From positions 1-38,992 of IMG/VR virus record IMGVR_UViG_3300048598_000484: DNA of 38,992 bases. One strand, written 5' to 3'. Positions 34,274 to 38,992 of this stretch are shown piece by piece. The stretch's first letter is position 1. Each line of letters begins with the position of its first letter. The translations under genes and the position numbers were made by a program. This stretch comes from a virus (lineage: Duplodnaviria > Caudoviricetes). Under the pieces are notes generated by a model, which saw only the letters and a program-made list of their open reading frames with translations, was not told where the DNA came from and did no database searches.

Positions 34274-36004
34274 TTACTCCTCTTTACCGATTGGTTTCAG
34301 TCCAAGTATGTTCAGATATTCATTGCACTCAAAAATTGAGTGCTGCGTCATAGACAGCAGAATCATTTGATACGCCACATGATCCGACGTCTGATTGAAT
34401 TGATACCCCGCTTTCTTTACCAGATCAAATGCAAAGATCGGATGCAGTTTGAGACCTACACACAATGCTACGACACGAGGAAGTGCAACCATCTGATCGT
34501 CAATACAATACGTTCGAATTCTACGATCCGTGATCAGGCTCGATTCCGCCAGTTGTTCCTGCGTTACCCCTTTGCGCCGCATGTGTGCTTCCAGCGTCGC
34601 ACCGAAAGACTGCGGTAAACTCTGCAGAACTCGGCTGACGTCCTGTGTGGTCTTTACAAGTTGTTGAATCTCGGGCGCAGCCTCAGCAAACTGAGGAACC
34701 TTGCCTCGGTCGCGAAGCATGCCATCAATCGCCCAGCGCGCTCTTTTCTGCACGTCAAATCCAATGCAACACTCCGCCGGGTGCGCTATTGCGTATGCGG
34801 TCAGATGAAGGTTGCCATCTTCCGTCCTGCTGATGTACCGATTGTTGCGCAAGCAAAAACGTTGGTCTACATATGCATATGCGCCGGTTGCCAAGGCATC
34901 CCGAAATTTGGAGTTCTGTGCGAATTCCTGCGTCGCATCCGGGTAGTTGATCTCAAATTGCGTCGGAGCGGTATATCCGAGCTCCGCATCCGGATACCCC
35001 AGCTCGATGAGCCGGATTCTCGCCAGTGAGCGAGATACTTCATAATGACAGGAGAGTTTTTCAACGATGCGGTCCATGCGGTATTTGGGACTCAGCTTCT
35101 CCATGCGCCGGATCCATTGGTCTGTCAGCATACGTGTCGACCACTCCGGCATGAGGATCCGCGGCGCAAGCGCGTTAGCCTGCCATTCCATGCGCTCCTG
35201 GGCCGTCCATTCACGGCTTCTACCCAGAGCGGATGATCTGCGACAGGCGATCGATGTCAATTGTGGATCATTCGCCTTCTGTAGCTGATATGCCTGCCGG
35301 TGCAACATCCAGTGAACGCACTCGTGTACTATTGTGTTGTTATATATTCGGGAATCGTATCGACTGTCCAATCTGTGGTTGACGAGTATCGTTCCGCGCG
35401 CAACATTCAGAATACGGTTCATACCGCCCGGCACATCCTGTACGGCTGTCGTGCTGTCTTCAAAGAAGATCTTCCCGAGCACCTCTCCGTCCGTGTCGAT
35501 GCAAGCATACTGCACGCTGAGTCCCAGCTTGCGCGCTATCGCCGAAGCCGGAACAGGGATCGCATTTCGGAGCGCGGCCGGATACAATTCTCTCAGTATT
35601 TTTGTTGCGGTGGCTTCCAGCTGCGCTTTGGGTAAATCGGGGATCAGGGTATCCGGTATGGCTTTCTCCGCCTCATAGGTTGGCCAATTCGGGCTAATAC
35701 ACCGAATCCAGAGCTGCGAAAAACCATCCCGCATATCTAAATAGCAGTCGACGACGTAAGGGCTTTTACTCTGGCACCCCGACTCTTTGATCGTGCAATC
35801 AAAATACACGTTCGCGTAGACGATATCCCTCTCCGTACCGGTTACGATCACATCCGTCAGAACGGCTCTGCTGAGTTCGACATTTCGCAACGCTGTGCGT
35901 CTCGCAAGTTCGGCATATAGTTGATCCGAGAACCTTGAGCGAATCCAGGCAGCGAATGAAACACCTCCTACTGCCTCGTTTCTGTTTGTACATGCAGCAT
36001 TCAT
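34274..36004 (-). CDS. ImmA/IrrE-family metallopeptidase fused to a C-terminal XRE-type HTH
   Basis: TIVHECVHW (HExxH), EWQANALAPRILMP, YEVSRSLARIRL; C-terminal MRRKGVTQEQLAESSLITDRRIR. Confidence 0.85.
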   Translation of the reverse strand: MNAACTNRNEAVGGVSFAAWIRSRFSDQLYAELARRTALRNVELSRAVLTDVIVTGTERDIVYANVYFDCTIKESGCQSKSPYVVDCYLDMRDGFSQLWIRCISPNWPTYEAEKAIPDTLIPDLPKAQLEATATKILRELYPAALRNAIPVPASAIARKLGLSVQYACIDTDGEVLGKIFFEDSTTAVQDVPGGMNRILNVARGTILVNHRLDSRYDSRIYNNTIVHECVHWMLHRQAYQLQKANDPQLTSIACRRSSALGRSREWTAQERMEWQANALAPRILMPEWSTRMLTDQWIRRMEKLSPKYRMDRIVEKLSCHYEVSRSLARIRLIELGYPDAELGYTAPTQFEINYPDATQEFAQNSKFRDALATGAYAYVDQRFCLRNNRYISRTEDGNLHLTAYAIAHPAECCIGFDVQKRARWAIDGMLRDRGKVPQFAEAAPEIQQLVKTTQDVSRVLQSLPQSFGATLEAHMRRKGVTQEQLAESSLITDRRIRTYCIDDQMVALPRVVALCVGLKLHPIFAFDLVKKAGYQFNQTSDHVAYQMILLSMTQHSIFECNEYLNILGLKPIGKEE

Positions 36005-36008
36005 CCGA

Positions 36009-36257
36009 TTAACCTGCCCTCATCTCTACAAACCAGCGACCGTCTTCGTCAAACAGGTAGGTATCCCGCGCACCGATGCGTATGGTATAACGGATCCCAC
36101 ACCCACCCGCCTTTAAGCTGGCGGCCCGGCATTTATCCTTCACTTCATCGATATCATATTTCCGGCCGTCCTCCAGCAGAATCCCGAGCGGTTGGATCGA
36201 GCCGTCTCTATGGATCTGCGCCAGGATGGAAACGTATTCTTTCTTGATTTCTTGCAT
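36009..36257 (-). CDS. 82-aa protein co-transcribed with the Y-family polymerase
   Basis: YVSI.A....DG.I.P....EDGRKY.IDEV...AASLKAGGCGIRYT; GAGG RBS. Confidence 0.75.
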   Translation of the reverse strand: MQEIKKEYVSILAQIHRDGSIQPLGILLEDGRKYDIDEVKDKCRAASLKAGGCGIRYTIRIGARDTYLFDEDGRWFVEMRAG

Positions 36258-36267
36258 ATGCTTGTCC

Positions 36268-37518
36268 TCACATTGCTTTAAAGTACCCGATCGGATGAAT
36301 GGTATGATCCTCTTTGGGATTAATATGCTTGAGTGTCGGGTCGAATTCCACGACGGCGCGATAGATGGCATAATGCCCGAATCGACGTCGGATATCGTCC
36401 ACAGCTCGCTCCAGTTGCTCCAGTTTCTCTCGCTCAGCCTCGTCCTCAAACAGTTTGAGCTGTTTGGGCGTCGTTGCCGGAATCAGGTCGCAGCCCCGGA
36501 TGCCTATGCTGCGCAGCGGATTCTGCCAGCGATAGCTCATGCGCAGCAGTTCCATTGCGGTATCACACAATTCGCTGGCTAGGCATGTCGGCTCATTCAG
36601 TTTCATTTGTTTCTGATACCAGAACAACCCATTATCTCGGACGCTGATTTGTACGGTCTTTGCCAGAAATCCATGATCGCGCATTCGTTCCGCGACGCTT
36701 TCCGCGAGCATGTAAAACACGATCTTTGCGTCGAGCTCATTCATTAAGTCGCGCGGGGTCGTGGTGCTGTTGCCAATCGACTTAATGATCGTCTCATCTC
36801 CAACCGCCATAACCGGTGAGTTATCCAGACCGTTGGCAAACCAATAGAGAATCATCCCCACCTTACCAAACCATGCCTGCAACAACTCAGGATCTGTATT
36901 CGCAAGCTGGCCGATGGTTTCAATGCCGTGGTTGTAGAGCTTCCGCGTTGTCGCTCGGCCTACATAAAGCAAATCAGACGCCGGCAGCGGCCAAACATTG
37001 TCGCGATAGTTATCCCGTGTCAGAACGCTGACAGCATCTGGTTTTTTCAGGTCGGATCCGAGTTTTGCGAACACCTTGTTGTAGGAAACGCCAACCGAGA
37101 CGGTGATACCGAGCTCGCGTTTCACCCGTTCCCGGATCTCCTCGGCAATCACCGTTGAGTTGCCAAAGAGGTGCACGCTACCCGAAACGTCCAACCATGC
37201 CTCATCCAAGCCGAATGGCTCAACCTGATCAGTGTAGCTGTTATAGATCTGACGAGCCAAGGCGGAGAAGCGGAGATAGCGGTCATAGTGCGGTTTTATG
37301 ATCACAAGTTGCGGGCATTTCTGCTTTGCCTGCCAGAGCGCTTCGCCGGTGGTCACGCCATATCTCTTCGCGATCTGGTTCTTCGCCAATATAATGCCGT
37401 GCCGCGCCTCCGCATCTCCGCCCACCGCGACCGGTTTATCTCTGATCGATGGATCATATAAGCACTCGATGCTGGCATAACAGGCGTTCATATCTACATG
37501 TAAAATCGATCTATCCAA
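36268..37518 (-). CDS. dinB: Y-family translesion DNA polymerase (DinB/UmuC type)
   Basis: ILHVDMNACYAS, GIILAKN, GLDEAWLD, AKLGSDLKKPD; C-terminal AVDDIRRRFG; TTG start after AGGAGG. Confidence 0.93.
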   Translation of the reverse strand: MDRSILHVDMNACYASIECLYDPSIRDKPVAVGGDAEARHGIILAKNQIAKRYGVTTGEALWQAKQKCPQLVIIKPHYDRYLRFSALARQIYNSYTDQVEPFGLDEAWLDVSGSVHLFGNSTVIAEEIRERVKRELGITVSVGVSYNKVFAKLGSDLKKPDAVSVLTRDNYRDNVWPLPASDLLYVGRATTRKLYNHGIETIGQLANTDPELLQAWFGKVGMILYWFANGLDNSPVMAVGDETIIKSIGNSTTTPRDLMNELDAKIVFYMLAESVAERMRDHGFLAKTVQISVRDNGLFWYQKQMKLNEPTCLASELCDTAMELLRMSYRWQNPLRSIGIRGCDLIPATTPKQLKLFEDEAEREKLEQLERAVDDIRRRFGHYAIYRAVVEFDPTLKHINPKEDHTIHPIGYFKAM

Positions 37519-37577
37519 CGGTTTCTCCTCCTTTCGGTACCGCTAGTATAATCTTTGTTTTTGAGAATGTATAGTCG

Positions 37578-37589
37578 GAACATTTGTAC
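37578..37589. promoter_or_regulatory. Near-consensus Gram-positive SOS (Cheo) box
   Basis: GAAC-ATTT-GTAC vs consensus GAAC-N4-GTTC, upstream of the polymerase. Confidence 0.5.
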
Positions 37590-37607
37590 TAATTTGAGAT
37601 ATTCTTC

Positions 37608-37636
37608 TTGCGTTCGGTATCCGCCCGTAGTACAAT
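37608..37636 (+). promoter_or_regulatory. Sigma-A promoter of the repressor operon
   Basis: TTGCGT-N17-TACAAT upstream of an AAGGAGGTG RBS. Confidence 0.7.
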
Positions 37637-37662
37637 CGACACACAAGGAGGTGCTGCATGAC

Positions 37663-38364
37663 ATGTACGAACACTTAGGAAGCCCCCTCGCCGCACTACG
37701 AAAAAGCTGTCAGTTATCTCAGGCGGAGGTCGCCGAGCTTTTGACGCAGATGGGCATTCCTGTTACGAACCGGGCAATCAGCCATTGGGAGCAGGAACGG
37801 GCTCAACCGTCCTCGACGCAATTCCTCGGCCTGTGTGCTGTCTACCGGGTTCGGGACGTATTATCCGTTTTCGGCGAGTACAAACTCCCCCTGCGTGACT
37901 TCGAATTGAACCGCGAAGGTCGTGCAAAGGTGGAAGAGTTCGCCGATATTCTTGTCGCAAGCGGCAGGTTTCGCGTTCAGGACAACGTCATTCCGTTTGT
38001 TCAGCGTTCCATGCCGGTATATGATCTACCTGCCTCTGCCGGTACAGGCGTATTTCTCGACAGCAGTGAATATGAGATGGTATCGGTCGGATCCGAAGTG
38101 CCGGTCAACGCCAACTTCGGCGTTCGAGTGTCCGGTGATAGCATGGAGCCGTCCTATCAGGATCAGCAGATTGTGTGGGTTCAGCAACAGCCAACACTGA
38201 TGGATGGAGACATTGGCATCTTCGTCCTCAATGGACAAGCGTACATTAAGCAATGGCAATCCTCGTCGAAGGGCACAAGCCTGGTCTCGTTGAACCCGGC
38301 ATACTCTCCAATCCCGATTCATGAGTCAGATGAGCTGCGCACGTTTGGGAAAGTATTATCCTGA
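37663..38364 (+). CDS. XRE-HTH plus S24 autopeptidase repressor (CI/HdiR-like)
   Basis: HTH (LSQAEVAE...AISHWE); ASAG cleavage site, GDSMEP Ser, YIKQ Lys. Confidence 0.92.
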   Translation: MYEHLGSPLAALRKSCQLSQAEVAELLTQMGIPVTNRAISHWEQERAQPSSTQFLGLCAVYRVRDVLSVFGEYKLPLRDFELNREGRAKVEEFADILVASGRFRVQDNVIPFVQRSMPVYDLPASAGTGVFLDSSEYEMVSVGSEVPVNANFGVRVSGDSMEPSYQDQQIVWVQQQPTLMDGDIGIFVLNGQAYIKQWQSSSKGTSLVSLNPAYSPIPIHESDELRTFGKVLS

Positions 38365-38372
38365 AAAGGAGC

Positions 38373-38630
38373 ATGGTCGAAATGTTGAAAGAATCCTGCG
38401 TGGAACGTCCTGTGCTCACGCAAAAAGAGCGGGAAGTGCTAAGCTTCATCCGCGAATATTGGAAGAAGTATCAATTGTATCCGAGCTTTCGAGAGATTGG
38501 GGCTGGGATTGGCCTGCGGTCGGCATCCTCGGTCAATCGGTATATTCGTTCGTTGACGGAAAAAGGAGAGATTCTGCCTCACAAGGGAAAAATGCGCTGC
38601 CTTGTGTTAAAGGAGAGGAAAGAATCGTGA
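38373..38630 (+). CDS. Stand-alone LexA-type DNA-binding domain
   Basis: LTQKEREVLSFI...YPSFREIGAGIGLRSASSV..YI..L..KG.I....GKMR; no peptidase domain. Confidence 0.85.
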   Translation: MVEMLKESCVERPVLTQKEREVLSFIREYWKKYQLYPSFREIGAGIGLRSASSVNRYIRSLTEKGEILPHKGKMRCLVLKERKES

Positions 38631-38647
38631 AAGGTGAACTTGCGATC

Positions 38648-38992
38648 ATGGATTACAAGATACTGGCAGTCGACTTCGATGGAACGATTAGCCTTGGCGA
38701 CTGGCCGGAGGTTGGTCCTGCGAATGATCGTCTCATTTCCTATCTGCTTGACCGAAAACGCTATGGGGATAAACTGATTCTGTGGACCTGCCGTGCGGGA
38801 GAGGCACTGGATGCGGCAATCAATTTCTGCGCACAGTATGGCCTTCATTTTGATGCAGTGAACGATAACTTACCCGAGATAGTCGAGATATACGGCTCCA
38901 ACAGTCGAAAAATCACTTGCGATTACTACATTGATGATCGCTCGTTTACGGCGGAGTCATTATATGAGACTGGCAGTAAGGAAACCGCATGA
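38648..38992 (+). CDS. Capless HAD-superfamily hydrolase
   Basis: AVDFDGT, LWTCR, RK, YIDDR. Confidence 0.88.
   Translation: MDYKILAVDFDGTISLGDWPEVGPANDRLISYLLDRKRYGDKLILWTCRAGEALDAAINFCAQYGLHFDAVNDNLPEIVEIYGSNSRKITCDYYIDDRSFTAESLYETGSKETA

Larger units (their letters stand above)
1..38992. mobile_element. Temperate siphovirus-like prophage (HK97-type head, probable cos packaging); boundaries lie outside the window
   Basis: Integrase, lysis, tail, head, terminase, replication and repressor modules in colinear order. Confidence 0.95.

Noticed and set aside
1-38992. CRISPR array, tRNA, rRNA, intron, intein, IS element or att core
   Set aside because: None recognisable by eye; the window starts at the integrase stop, so att sites fall outside

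Overview
The window is nearly a whole temperate siphovirus-type prophage, probably from a Bacillota (Clostridia-like) host, judged from the GGAGG Shine-Dalgarno sites, sigma-A-like promoters and gene families. Almost all core genes run on the minus strand in one direction: Y-family polymerase cassette, ImmA/IrrE-like protease-HTH fusion, a regulatory region with paired operators and a structured leader, replication (SNF2 helicase, P4-type primase-helicase, VRR-NUC), packaging (HNH, P27 TerS, MTase, TerL), HK97-type head, non-contractile tail, lysis, then xis and a tyrosine integrase. A CI/HdiR-like repressor, a stand-alone LexA DNA-binding domain and a HAD hydrolase diverge at the right end. 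Several self-contained morons are inserted: a Nif11-like peptide, PerR-like + atypical QueD-like + TspO-like genes, a double zinc-ribbon protein, a DUF3592-like membrane protein and an AbiE toxin-antitoxin pair. The best candidate for an undescribed system is the 33.7-38.6 kb control region, which has no cI/cro pair and instead links a DNA-damage cassette to the lytic promoter. All family calls come from motif recognition by eye, not database searches, and no att sites are visible in the window.
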